A DNA stretch of 64,000 nt. Origin: Octopus vulgaris (Eukaryota). Location of the stretch: assembly GCA_951406725.2 (NCBI GenBank), contig OX597816.1:66402001-66466000 (forward strand), given 5' to 3'. Within the stretch, counting starts at the first letter, position 1; every line of letters starts with the position of its first letter. Shown here in pieces: positions 11,339-24,975 of this stretch. The position numbers were made by a program, and so were the translations under genes. The notes beneath the pieces were generated by a model. The model saw only the letters and a list, made by a program, of their open reading frames with translations. It made no database searches and was not told the origin of the DNA.

Positions 11339-12725
11339 ATATATATAAACTAACCAGTATTTTCATTGGATTTTATTATCCTTTATTCAGGTTTGTAACC
11401 TTTATTTGAACATTTTCTATAGTCTCAGGACAACCCATACTTTGTTAGTAAAATCGGTTGGACAGAAACTGTACAAGCCTATTAGATGAATTGTACCAGT
11501 ATTTCAAAAGCAGCAACCTTATCATATACACTGTGTCACATTGGTACATTAAGGGAATACATGTCAGTGGAATACTCAGCCAGTTACATATTGATCTGAT
11601 TGAACAACTGAATCTTCACTGTCATCAAACAATGGAGATCCACCACCACATGTATGTCAATGTCAGTGTTTATCTTCAGTCATGTAAAAACTGGTGCTGT
11701 GTTAAATAGTGTAACTTAGCAATCCAAGTAAAATAGAGATTGATAAAGTGAGTACTAGGCTTTGGAAACCTGCACAGTGGTTAATATGATCAATTAAAAT
11801 AGAAACCCTTAAAAGTGGTGCTCCAGCATGGCCACTGTCAAATTACATAAACCAATACAAGTATAAAAGATACACACTCAGTCCCATGAAAGAAACTCAG
11901 AGTTTTAAAGAATGAATGGAACGAATGAATGAAATGATAATGATAATGAATGAATGAACGAAATTCCTCTATTTAAAAGCACAATATTGAAGTCTTATTT
12001 TGTGTTTTGTGATTTTTAAGAAATCAGTCAAAAAACAAGAATATTGCCATGTGATGAGTGAAATAGCTCAGCATTTCATGTAGGATGAAACCACAGGTTT
12101 CAAATATCACTCTGGGCATCATGTGCTAAACCATTGGATTAATTATATGGAAATTGTGTCGTCACAGGTTACTTTGTGAATTACCTCAAATAATATTTGG
12201 ACAGACTAAAATCTTTTGCTAAAGATATGTAACAAGAATTCAATAGCCGTGGATGAGTCTAGACTCTAAAAGAGAGGGGAAAAAATCTTTTATTTCTCTT
12301 TCATTAATCTAATAGGTAGTGGTGGGATATGGTGGAAGTGGTGAATGTCATGGTTGTAATGGTGGTGGTGGTGGTGGTGGTAGTGGTGTGCATGGTGGAT
12401 GGCTTAAAGATAATTGTTTGAGTCTAGAGTGTTAAAGATTAGTTCCATAATAAAGAAAAATGTCTTGACCTAGATGCACATCCATTGGACAAGTCAAGGG
12501 GATCAGATCATCATTTAATGTTCCATGCTAGCAAGGGTTTTCTCTTTTACTTGTTTGAGGGTCTAGGCAAACAAATTGACTCTAGGATTTATTATTGTTT
12601 GAAGTTTCTAACACTTGTTCTATTGGTTTCTTTTGCTGAACCGCCAACCACTCCAAGGATGTAAACACACCATCATTGATTGTCAATCAGTGGTGGGTGA
12701 CAAACACATACACACACACACAGAG

Positions 12726-12770
<45 letters not shown>

Positions 12771-12831
12771 CATACACACACCTATGTGTTTCCAACCCAT
12801 GGTAGCATGGAAAGCGGATGCTAAACGATGA

Positions 12832-12884
<53 letters not shown>

Positions 12885-13864
12885 AGGTTTCTTTCTACCA
12901 AATTTACTCACAATTGACTTTGGTCAATCTGAGGCTATAGTAGAAGACACTTGCTCAATGTTGCCATGCAGTTGGACTGAACCTGGGACCATGTGGTTGA
13001 GATAACAAACTTCTTAGCACACAACCACACCTGCGCTTTTGAATAGATAAATACATGATACAGTGAGATTAAAGTAAAGTTGATGTAGATTGTATAATGT
13101 TGCTGTTCAACCTCTGAGAAGATGGATCAGTGTGACCAGAATCTCAGTAAATGTTGTTGCCTAATTTTTTAATGTAGTCACAGAACTGAAAGATTCTTTA
13201 GATTGCCAAAATGAGCTTTGCTTCAGAATATGAACATTAGAAACAGTTTTAGATTTCTTGATTGTAATTATGCAACCAAACAGATACTGTTAATGAAATG
13301 CTGGATCAACATTCCTCTGTCTCTCAGACAATTACATGAATATACACATACCTATATATATACATACATGTACATGTGTATATGATTCAATGGTCCATGT
13401 GAGCTGCAGGGCCAAAATACATAGTTGATTTGTATACTCACATGTCAACTGTGCTCGCGTGCATGTGTGTGTGTGTGTGTGGTTTCAAAAAGAAGTTGGT
13501 GCTAATCAGAACATCTTAAGTTTCCACCACATTAAACATTGAGAGTTATTTGTGTGTCAATGAATGAATACCACTAATTTACTACATAAGCTTACTCACA
13601 CAATTATTCCCCACCTATTCTCCACCCATTCAGTTTAATCTTGGTGATTTCATTAAACAAAAATGTTCATTCTTCTATTGTATACAGTGTGCTTATTAAA
13701 ATTAACCAGCATAAATTTTGGTTTTTCTTAATTTTAAAATAAAGAAAAAGTTGGGTTAGGAAAAAACACTTTATGGTTCCTCGTGTTCCTAAAAATTAAA
13801 TCCTACTAACATCTCACTTTAACACTATTTCAAGGACGAGCCGATGAGACAGACCCTTCTACGT

Positions 13865-14490
13865 CAGTGGTTCTCAACCCAATTCTTTTACCTATTGGCC
13901 CTTTTGATTTCTATTTTACTTGAGTGGACCCACATTCAATGTTTTAACAAAATCCTATTATATTTTTTGAGGCAAAGTGGCTGAGTTCCTGTTGAGCATT
14001 GGGCCTCACAGAGGCAATGACCAAGACCTTTGGCATTATGTCATGCTTGAGAAGAAGACCCATCAAGCTGAGCAAGTTCGCAGTTGTGACAGATACCGGT
14101 GTCACATAAATTGGTACCCATGTTGGTGGCATGTAAATGCACCCCAGTGTCATGCAAAATGGCACCCAGCCAGTGACACATAAAAGCACCCATTACACTC
14201 TTGGAGTGGTTGGTGTTAGGAAGAGCATCCAGCCGTAGAAAACTATGCCAAATCAGACTGGAGTCTAGTGCAGCCTGCCAGTATGTCAGTCCAATGAAAT
14301 TGTCAAGAATCCATGCCAGGATAGACAACGGGCATTAAATGATGATGATGATGATGATGACATTGGGAATTGCATTAAAAAATTGTGAAAATATTTTGTG
14401 TATTGTAACCAGTTTATTGCAGATAAATTTTAACAACAAAATCTTATGTGGACCCCTAAGGGCCAAATAGACCCCAGTTGAGAACCTCTG
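13865..14490. mobile_element. hAT (Charlie-like) MITE with a nested RTE 3' fragment (about 13970-14360)
   Basis: TIRs CAGTGGTTCTCAAC and GTTGAGAACCTCTG; imperfect 8-bp TSD TTCTACGT/CTCTACAT. Confidence 0.8.
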
Positions 14491-14956
14491 CTCTACATGA
14501 TCTCTTGATTTTCTAGAACTAGCAGCCAAATTTCCCTCTGATCACATCCTGCTGTCTTAAAAAAGGGAAGATATGTTGGATAATTCAGTCCTAGGTTCGC
14601 TGAACAAAGGAAAAAGACCGGATGATCAAAGCTGGAATGGCTTTGATCGTCAGCCTGCAAAATCAGGGCTGACTTGGAACTAATCAACAACAATAACAAC
14701 TGTCAAGAAGTGGGAGGAGGTTGGTTTTTTTTTTTGTGATTGCTTGTGGAAAAAGAAACATAAATAAGGAAGTAGATGTTTAATAATAAAGGGCTGTAAA
14801 GAATAAAAAGAGACTCCCTAAGATTACTCATATATCAGTGTTTATGTATAAGTATAAATATTGTACTCTGGTGTATTGGTGGCTTATGCCACACCCCTCC
14901 CTGCTTCATTTCATGTCCACTTCCTATGTTAGGTTAATGTCATCTACTTGTACACA

Positions 14957-14995
<39 letters not shown>

Positions 14996-15705
14996 CACAT
15001 ACATACAAACAAACTATGTGGTATATAGACGTCCACACCATACAAAGTATACTCACAAACATATAATAAATGTGATACATAAAATTTTACAGCCACAAAT
15101 AAAAAGAACACACGCACAAACATCTTCATACATCTACACACCAATATACACCACTTCTACATACATATGCCATGCACAGAATGTAGTGCTCCAGTAGGAC
15201 CATTATGAAGAATGCCAAAACAAGGTAAAGAAAGGAAAACACACCCACACGACATATACACAAATCTGCTTCAACTATCCATACATAAATGAAACAATAG
15301 TACCAGGTTCAGTCCCACTGCATGGTACCTTTGGCAAGTGTCTTTTACTAAAGCCTTGTGAGTGAATTTGGTACACAGAAACTGAAAGAAGCCTCTCTCT
15401 CTTTCTCTCTTTGTGTCCTCCTCCCCCCATTATTGTTTAACATTATTGTTGTTGGTGTGTTTACATCCCCATAACTTATCAGTTTGACAAAAAAGACTGC
15501 TAGAATAAGTACCAGGTTTTAAAATACTCAGATAAGCAATGGGATCAGTAGGCTGAATAAAAATTCTTTGAGGCGGTGCCCCAGCACAGACTGAAGCAAG
15601 TAAAAGACACACACGCACACAAAGACAAATCACACAAGATCACTAAACATACATCAATAATTACATACATAAATTATTGATGTATGTTGTCACACCCTAG
15701 CAGTA

Positions 15706-16338
15706 GAGAGAACCCGTGGAAGAGGTAGACCCAGGAAGACCTGGGATGAGGTGGTAAAAGCATGACCTTTGAATGTTGTGCCTCACGAATAGTGATGACA
15801 AGTGACTGAGAACTTTGGAGATATACTGTGCTTGAGAAAACCCGGCAAGCTAAGTGAGACCATAACCTTGGCCTATGTCAATGCAGCACTTAACCGGCCC
15901 ATTTAAGAGTACCCTTCAATCATTGGGTAACAAATGCGCTTTCCATGCTGAAGACCTGTTGGACGAAATGAAGTCATTGTTATGCCCGATGCCAGTACCG
16001 CCTGACTGGCAGACCCATGCCGGTGACATGTAACAAAGTACCATTTGAACGTGGTCATTGCCAGTGCTACCTGACTGGCTCCCATGCCAGTGGCATGTAA
16101 AAAGGGCCATTCAAGCGTGGTCGATGCCAGAATCGCCAGACTGTCCCTTGTGCCAGAGGCACATAAAAAGCACCCACTACACTCTTGGAGTGGTTGGTGA
16201 TAGGAAGGACGTCCAGCTGTAGAAACTTTGCCAGATCAGATTGGAACTTGGTACTGCCTTCTGGCGTGCCAGTTCTCAGTCAAACTGTCCAACCCATGCC
16301 AGCAGGGAAAGTGGACGTTAAATGACAATGATGATGAT
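15706..16338 (+). mobile_element. RTE 3'-end fragment
   Basis: Begins at AGAGGTAGACCCAGGAAGAC (RGRPRKT), has a modular UTR and ends in a GAT tail. Confidence 0.85.
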
Positions 16339-16420
16339 AGCACGGATAAACACCATTTCCACCTATGTACATTTACATACAAGAGCACAATGGACAATAC
16401 TGAGTACAATGTACAATATT

Positions 16421-16657
16421 TATTTCTTTATTGCCCACAGGGGCCTAAACATAGAGGGGACAAACAAGGACAGACAAAAGAGATTAAGTCAATTACATTG
16501 ACCCCAGTGTGTAACTTGTATTTATTTAATAGACCCCAAAAGGATGAAAGGCAAAGTCAACCTCAGTGGAATTTGAACTCAGAATGTAGTGGCTGACGAA
16601 ATATTACTAAGTATTTCACCCAGTGTGCTAACGATTCTGCCAGCTCACCACCCTATG
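16421..16657 (-). mobile_element. SINE family B with a 12-bp TSD ATGTACAATATT
   Basis: TSD at 16409-16420 and 16658-16669. Confidence 0.87.
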
Positions 16658-17012
16658 ATGTACAATATTGCATAGGTAAGAAGGGATTTTGAGGACACCT
16701 CCCCACTTAAAACATAAACCCCTACCCTATCAAATCACTGCCACCACACATTCATTTACCTTCCTACCAACCCAATTCACTAATGCAAACCAATTTTTTA
16801 AGGTAAAAAAAATGCAGTAAATTCAGGCATGGCTCTATAGTTCAAATAGCTAGAAATAGGATTTTGGTTCAGTTCCACTGTGCAGCACAATTAAAAAGGG
16901 CATTGGATATGTGAATTTCTGAGTTCTGATGGTACATAGGAGAAAGATGTGTGATGGTCATGAATGGAATGTCCTTAATCATAGGTTTGGTCAATTGGGG
17001 CTTCTCTGGGGG

Positions 17013-17044
<32 letters not shown>

Positions 17045-18802
17045 CAAATGGATGAGATGGCAGACAAGGAAGGGTGAATAAGTTTTATATGGTTGCTCAA
17101 CCTGCAAGAAATAGCAGTCAAATCTCCCATGAATCATACCTTGCTGTCTTGAAAAAAAAAGGATAAAAGGACAAATTGTATACTGTAAGACCTAGAGATG
17201 ACTTGGTTGGAACATCTTTTGATCATAAGTCTTCTCAGTTAAGGATGACCTGGGCTAAACAATATCTCCCAAACCACCATGAAGCCTACCTCTTCATGTT
17301 TTTATCACCCTTCCATCTAGAAGTTAGGATAAGAATAAGAAGCAGAAGGAGAAATTGGAGAGAGAGAGAGAGAAGGAATAGTGAAGAAGAGAGAGTGGGA
17401 CAAAGAATGAAATACCATAATAATTTTTGTTTTGAAGAAATATAGATGTGTTGGGATGGTGGAGAGTATAGGGTCCTGGTGGGATGCATTTATCTGGACC
17501 CCAACCACATGCATTTCCTCCTGTCTGAAAGGAGTGAGGTGAGAGGGTAGTGGGATGGAGGTTTACACCCTACTGATTTCCTTCCACACCTTGCCATGTC
17601 ATGCATGGACAGCGATGGAGTGGAACTTGGCTTCTTCAGTCTCTCATTCAAGATAAGTCACCCTGTTGTGAAGCAGAATTATAACCTCCCATCAAACCAC
17701 CACACACATCCCCACCCACCCTGCCACCGACACACATATCTCCACCAGAAAATATCAACCCTCCCTCCCCCCTACCATAACAAGAAACAAAAAATGAATA
17801 ATGGTGAAAGCTGTTTCCATCTTTTCCCCCTTTTTTTCATTTATTTTCTTTAGAGCTGTTTCTGTCTTCTTAGACAAGACAAATCACACCACTTTGTCTT
17901 ATCTATACATTGGTTGCCAACAGGTTCCACCTCCTTAAGCCATAGTTAAGTGGTTAAGTAACTACTAAGGCAGGCAGGCAGGCTGGCTCAGGAGTTCAAA
18001 CCCTGTAATAGCCATTTCATTATGATCCACTTTATTCTTAGATAAAATACACCATTCTACTTGACTTACTTTTAGAACAATTATTACAGCTGGAATTCCC
18101 AATGCCACACCCCAAACATTCAGCTTCGTTGTCAGATACTCCACCACACACACCTCCCCCACCATTGTATAATTTTACTCTAGAATGGTGATGTTGTCAC
18201 TGAACATGATATGAGGGGTGCTCAACAGTTACTGGCTTTGGGTAAAAGAAAATATAGGAGAATCAGTTAATTATGATTTTATTCCAACATATTCCCCTCT
18301 CAAATTCACACACTTAATTCATCAGTCCTTCAGTTTTTCTAAGCCCTATGGGCCACCAACCAGGCCTTTTGCAATACCCTTAAAGCCAGTACTCACTTGT
18401 AGAAGTCAAAATACTCCATGTGGTGGCACAGTCCTGACTTTGGGTACATCTTAGAATACAGTAAACAATGGATAGTTCTTAGAATAACAGAAATTATTTA
18501 GGAATAACAGATTTTGTCCAACACTTTTTCTTTAGACTTCATACAAAAAAAATTTTTCTTTTTAGTGTGACTTTTAGTTGAACCTGTATATTATAGGAAC
18601 TTTGTTGAACCCAGTATATTACTGGGGGTCTTCTTTTATTGATCCCGAATAGGCTAAAGGTAATAGACGACTGATATAAATTGAATCGTAAAATATTAGA
18701 ACTTGCACTAAGTTATTGTGGTTTCAGCCTTTTATCAGCCTTCATCCAGCAGATCCTATTAATCAAAGACATTCCAACCATGGCCATACCCTATGAACAT
18801 TA

Positions 18803-19265
18803 CATCATCATCATTTAACATCCATTGTCCATGCTGGCATGGCTTGCATAATTTGACCAAGGCTAGCAAGCTGAAATACTGCACCAGACTCCAGTCTGAT
18901 TTGGCATGGTTTCTACAGCTGGATGCCGTCCCTAACACCAACCACTCTGAGAATGTAATGTGTGCTTTCACGTGCCACCAACATGGGTGCAATTCGCGTG
19001 ACACCAGTATCTGCCATGACTGTGGTTTTGCTCGGCTTGATGGGTCTTCTCAAGCACAACATAATGCCAGATGTCTCAGTCATTGCCTCTGTGAGGCTGA
19101 ACACTTGAAAGGAGCTCAGCCACTTTGCCTCCATGAGGTCTAAAGCTCAGGTGATGAAAATTACAGAGGTAATTTTTACATGCCACCAGCACGGGTTCCA
19201 GTAATGTGACAACGGCACTAGCCACAACTAGGATTTCATTTGGCTTGACAGTGGTCCTCAGCAAG
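18803..19265 (-). mobile_element. RTE 3' UTR fragment
   Basis: Same tail core (TACAGCTGGATGCC...) and (ATC)n end; similar to 13970-14360 in the opposite orientation. Confidence 0.75.
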
Positions 19266-19419
19266 CTGTCTCGCAGGAATTCCCAGTTGCCCTCTATGTC
19301 ACATATCTGTAGCTCCTCCTCCCTCTCAAATTTCTTAATTAGGATATCCCTAAACCTCTGACGATATGAAAGGTCGTTAAGTCACTAATGACTAGTCTAT
19401 GCTGGGTGGGTACATTCTT

Positions 19420-20160
19420 CACCAGGGAGGGTCTTTGCATTTAAGGACAACCATGCATCCTGCTGTCCAGTGAGAATGTAATTGATCTGGCTAGCAGTCA
19501 TCTGACTGGTAGGTTATCAGCTGGCTGGCTGGCTGGCTTCCTGAAGTTGGTGTTGCAGATCAATAGGTTATTTGCATCACAGAACTCCAGTGGCCTTGTT
19601 CCCTCTTCGTTTTGGGAACCAAATTCACAGCCCCCCTGTACACCATGGAAGATACCAGGCTGCTGTTCGACATGCCCATTGAAATCCCCAGCCACAAAAA
19701 TGAGATCACAGTCCTCGTCTTTGAGGTAGCCTGCAGAAGTATATCATAAAAGTTGTCCTTCTGTCCATTTAGTAGGCCTGCTTGTGAGGCATAGGCAGAG
19801 ATAATTGTTGCTATACTATTCTGCAAGACTAGCTTAAGTACTCTATTGCATACTTTGGCTAACTCTATGACCTTATCCACACATTTCTCAGCAAGAAGTA
19901 TATCCACACCACCTATCCCATTCCTGTTACCGTCCCAGAAGATTTTATAGCTATATGTCTTACTTGTGAGGAACCTGGCTGAAGCTCCTCTCTTGGATAC
20001 AACATATATCAACACGCCTCCATTCAAGCATCTCAACAATCTTGCTAGACCTTAGACCTCCCTTTAAATCTGCCTACATTGACAGTGCCAACTCTGAAAA
20101 CTGGTAAAGGGACATGGGAGGGAATATGGGAAGGAGAGGTGGTATTCAGCACCTGGATAA
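19420..20160 (-). mobile_element. Degenerate RTE LINE 5' part (AP-endonuclease domain)
   Basis: Frameshifted pieces read GVDILLAEKCVDKV, IISAYA.Q.G, GDFNGHV and EFCDANNLLICNTNFRK. Confidence 0.88.
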
Positions 20161-21025
20161 AAGGTTTCAATGATTGTTTGATAACAGACATATCACATCA
20201 GTTGTTCTCACTTTAACCTACCATCATTCAAACATGTTAAAATTGTAGCCCCTGTAGGTGGTGAATGTAATGTAAATATAAGCGTTACTGCTGCAAATAT
20301 AAATAGGACAATGTTTTAATTAATTAAGTAAATGAGCTGCTATCGGTCATCAATAAATCACCATTACTAACAGTACAAAATCACTGCATATCTGATAGTG
20401 AGAATGACAAGAGATTATTTGTAACAATGTAGAACAAGTATTGTAAAGAACTATCCTGAGAAGATTAATTACTAATTGACACGTATTAGCAAAACACGCA
20501 CATGTAGGTACATTCATGACTGTATGGTAAGAAGTTAGCAACACGAAAGTATTTAGCTGCAAAATTCTACCTCAAATAAGTCTCCATCCAGCTCATGTCA
20601 GCATGGTAAAATGAATAACAAACATACATATATATGTCATCCTCATCATCATCATTTTAATGTCCACTTTTCCATACCACATAGGTTAAACAGAATTCAC
20701 TGAGGTAGATTTTCAATAGCTGGATGCTTTTTCTGTTATCAACCCTCACTTGTTTCCAAGTAAGGTAATAATTCCCCATGGCTGGACATATTTTTACAGG
20801 AGATTGGATATGATGGATACCAGTTCTATGATGTTGATGCTAGTTTACAACTATCACATGATGTCAAGGCAAAAAGACACTACACACACACACACACACG
20901 TATATAAGCTTCTTTCAGTTTCTTTATACCAAATCCACTCACAAGGCTTTGTTCAACCCAGAGCTATAGTAGAAGACACCTGCCCAAGTGAGTTAAAAGT
21001 AAAAAAAAAACAATATTGATCATAC

Positions 21026-21168
21026 TTGCTATAAGAAGCACTGGAAATATTCGGGTCAGCTGCATCCATGTCCATACTTTGGTAAATACTGACTGTAGAC
21101 TTCAATTTTGGTTTTTGTGTTTTATGAAGTGATGACAGCTGATTCATACAAGTACTCAAGGCTTTCAC
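21026..21168 (-). CDS. VPS13D: VPS13D exon (VKALSTCMNQLSSLHK...ASYS), 143 nt, phase 0/2
   Basis: TAG acceptor; AL..C continues the previous exon; GTATGA donor. The 3' boundary is less certain. Confidence 0.82.
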
Positions 21169-21433
21169 CTAAAATGTATAAAATCATAGAGGAGTAAGAG
21201 AAAATAATAAAATAGAAACCACACTGACAAACGGATAGACAAGAAGATATATAAATAGACACTGATACTTGTACTGTTGCAAAAATGAGTTAACTTTAAA
21301 ACAGAAAATATCAAGGCTCCTATCATCATTATCATCATCATTCAATGTCTGTTTATTATGTTGACATGAGTTGAATGGTTTGACAATTTGTAGACCTGTA
21401 TTAAGCCCTAATGTTAGCTTTGACATGGTTTCT

Positions 21434-21665
21434 TATTTCTTTACTGCCCCCAAGGGGCTACACACAGAGGGGACAAGCAAGAACAGACAAACAGATTAAG
21501 TCAATTATATCGACCCCAGTGCGTAACTGGTACTTATTTAATTGACTCTGAAAGGATGAAAGGCAAAGTCAACCTCAGCGGAATTTGAACTCAGAACGTA
21601 TAGTGGCAAACGAAATACCGCTAAGCATTTCGCCTGGCATGCTAACACTTCTGCCAGCTCACCAC
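21434..21665 (-). mobile_element. SINE family B with a 16-bp TSD CTTTGACATGGTTTCT, nested in an RTE-tail element
   Basis: TSD at 21418-21433 and 21666-21681. Confidence 0.9.
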
Positions 21666-22662
21666 CTTTGACATGGTTTCTATGGTTGGATGACCTTCTT
21701 GATGCCAACCATTTTACAGAAAATATTGGTTGCATTTTTTGTGCCACCAGCACTTGTGAGGTTGCCAAGATAAAGTACAAAATCTTGCTATAGAGGAGAT
21801 ACAATGCTGAGGTAAATTATAGAGAATACAGAGGAATTTTTCTTTTTCTTTCCTTTTATAATAATTTCTACAGAATCACTTAAATGGGATGAATATAATT
21901 TGGGTAAGTCTTTTTGCAAATGGCAACCCTTTTCTATTGCTAATGCCTCAAAATAAAAGGGAACCAGGAGAATGAAAGAAATTGGCTATGCTTAGGATCA
22001 TTAAAAAAATGGCTCTGTTTTACCAAATTCTGAACTCATGATTAATTTGTTCTGTAGCCCAGCTTCTTCGTAATCACGGACAAGAAAGTATCTATAACAC
22101 AGTGCTAAAAAATATTGCAAAGGACATTGTTCAAAGAGCACCAATTTTTCAATTTTCTCCTTGAAGTAAATTTTTTTTTACTGACATGCATCAGCAAAAT
22201 ATATATGCATGTGCACACACACACACACACACACACATCATCATCATCATCATTTAGCATCTGCTTTCCGTGCTGGCATGGGTCAGTAGGTTTGACTGGA
22301 GCTGGTAAGCTGGAGAGCTGCACCAGGTTCCAGTCTGATTTGGAACGGTTTCTATGGCTGGATGACCTTCCTAATGCCAGCCACTCCAAGTGTGTAAATG
22401 TATATATATATATTCTTTTACTCTTATTTGTTCAGTCATTTGACTGCGCCCATGCTAGAACATCGCATTTAGTTGAAAAATCTGTCAAATGTGAACAATG
22501 TAAATAATGAAGCTTCTTTCAGCTTCCATCTACCAAATCCACTCACAAGGTTTTGGTTGGCCTGAGGCTATAGTACAAGACATTTGCCCAAGGTGCCACG
22601 CAGTGGGACTGAACCCAGAACCATGTGGTTGGTAAGCAAGCTACTTACCACATAGCCATGCC

Positions 22663-22729
<67 letters not shown>

Positions 22730-22803
22730 TTGTATGGATATGGAGTTTGTTTGTTGCCTTAAATAACATTTGTCAATGAGGATAAGCCAGCATAAGTGTG
22801 TAC

Positions 22804-22894
22804 CTTTTTCTGGTCTGCATGGATGGTAAGTGATGGTAAAGTTCCTGACAGCCTAACAGAGGGCCATTCTGGATCAGTGGTAAATATGACACGT
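22804..22894 (-). CDS. VPS13D: VPS13D exon (RVIFTTDPEWPSVRLSGTLPSLTIHADQKK), 91 nt
   Basis: T.DP..P...LSG.LP.L motif; phase 2/0. Confidence 0.93.
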
Positions 22895-23538
22895 CTGAAA
22901 TATAAAGAAATATATTTATTGTACAAAGATAATTTTATTTTAAAATATTATACATATATATATATTTTTTTTCTTTTATGATTTATGAGATGAGATATGA
23001 GAAAAAGAGATGAAGAAAGCTATAAAACTGAAATTTGATCTGTGTCATCCCAAAAGTAAATGGACTTGAATGGTCATGCACACATGCATACGCACAGATG
23101 TACCCTCTACACATGCAGTCCATTCACAAAGACACTAAGAGTAAAATAAATAAATAAATGTTTAACCACTCACATCTTTCACAGAATTCAAACTGTACAC
23201 ATACACCAACACACACATTATCTCATTTACAAAATCTACATCCTGCCAAAGGTGTACATGTACACACACCAGCACACTCACACATACATTATCTTTCACT
23301 CTATCTTTTTCATGCATACACACACACACAGACATCCTCACTCATATCCTCATAAATAGAAATATAGAATCTGCAAACTAGGAAACAGACAGATCTGGAG
23401 CAGACTTGAAATAGAGTAGGCATGTCACTAATGAGGTTCTGATGAAAGAACTCTGATAAACCTAGGTGACTGATCAATTGGTTGACAATCAAACAATTGA
23501 CTAGTTAACCAGTTAAATAGTCAACTAATTGACTAAAT

Positions 23539-23730
23539 ACAATTGCAGCATGGAAGATGTTTGTAAGCCATTCAAGAACACACAAAAACTGTTAGTTTCA
23601 TTTCAACGTTTAGATTTTATTTTTGTCAAAATATTTTCGTCACTTTCAAACCATAACCTGTTCACTGACAAAACTTCGAGCTGCATCGTGTTCTTGAATG
23701 GTTTACAAACATCTTTCATGCTGCAATTGT
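23539..23730. repeat. MITE-like inverted repeat, 43-bp arms with 2 mismatches
   Basis: Arms at 23539-23581 and 23688-23730. Confidence 0.88.
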
Positions 23731-24186
23731 TTTTGTTTCAACATACAATCTCAGATCAAGTCACTTTCTATGCAAGTACATCTCAGTAATTGAGTAATAA
23801 TGATAATAAAAGTGAAATAGAACCAGTACATGTATTTATTATTCACATAATGACCCTCCCAAGATGCAACCAAATACACTTCATTTCTACTGAAATCACT
23901 TACTTTAGTTAAATATATTTTTATGAACTATTAAAACATCTTTTATGGGCAATAAAAACAACAAAACTTTTAGAAATTTCTCATTATCTAATTTCTGTTT
24001 TGTGTTAATCACCACTAAAATTGGAAAACATTAGAAAAACTGGATCTCAAGCAAAAATAAATTATTTGTGGTGATTGATTTTCAAATAAGAAATTACTCT
24101 TACCTCTATAAATATATCTTGTTTTTTTTTGTTTTTTTTATTAATTGCTTTATTTATTTATTTCTTTTTTAAATCGAGAGGCTTAC

Positions 24187-24318
24187 CTTTCAAAAAGTAC
24201 CTCAATGCTGAACTTGTCTAGCAAGTGGATACGGGTGTTACCTCGAGAATGGGCAGCTTTCCAGTTGTCATGAGTCTGGCCAACTAGCACTTGTAAATCT
24301 TCCAAAATTACCTGATAT
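24187..24318 (-). CDS. VPS13D: VPS13D exon (YQVILEDLQVLVGQTHDNWK...HLLDKFSIEVLFE), 132 nt
   Basis: DLQ.LVG...DNWK...H..DKF motif; phase 2/2. Confidence 0.92.
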
Positions 24319-24539
24319 CTATGTATGAAGATATACAACAGAAATAACACACACATTGAAAGAGGAATGTGGGGAATAAAATGATTTAATAAAAGTCTAT
24401 CATGGCGTTTAAAGCAATCAAAATTAATACAACTGGGAATAAGCACGGGAAGAAGTGGACCAGAGTGTTTCAAGTGGGAGTGGGCTGCAGCTGTCAAGGC
24501 TGCTCTTCAGAATAGGGTTCATTGATATAAGAGAAAAAA

Positions 24540-24975
24540 AATAATAATAATAATGAAATTATTGTATACAGTGCTCAGGTGCCCCACAACTTGTCAAAAG
24601 TGCGTATAAAGTATATGCAGTAATGTACAAATGTCTGGAAAGCAAACAGTGTATGAGTCAGATACATGCTTGCGTGTGTATGGAGGGGAGAAAATCAGGT
24701 GGAGTGTTGGTGAATCTCAGGAAGCATGGAAGTTTTGAAGGATGCAGTGCTCCGACAACTAACAACTGATGCCAGCAGTTTGTTCCATGCTTCAGCAACT
24801 CTTAGTGTGAAAAAATGTTTCAGAAAGACATGGTAGCTGTGCTGTTTTCTGACTTTGTAAACATGTCCACGGGTGTTAGACAGGTGGAGTTTGAAAAGGT
24901 GCTCAGAGTTATTGTTTGTAAGATGGTTAATAATTTTATGGGTGTCTGCCAAGTCAGCTGCCAGACATCGGAGTT
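24540..24975 (-). mobile_element. CR1-clade LINE 3' fragment
   Basis: ORF 24695-24952 has TRGH.YKV...FFTLRVAEAWNKL...ASFK, followed by a 3' UTR and an (ATT)n tail. Confidence 0.85.

Noticed and set aside
12185-12265. Possible VPS13D exon (good polypyrimidine tract with AG, and a GTAATT donor)
   Set aside because: Stop codons in all three frames from the first acceptor, and no convincing homology.
17965-18454. Splice-like signals and short ORFs as candidates for the missing exons or a nested gene
   Set aside because: No recognisable homology and weak acceptors; not supportable from sequence alone.
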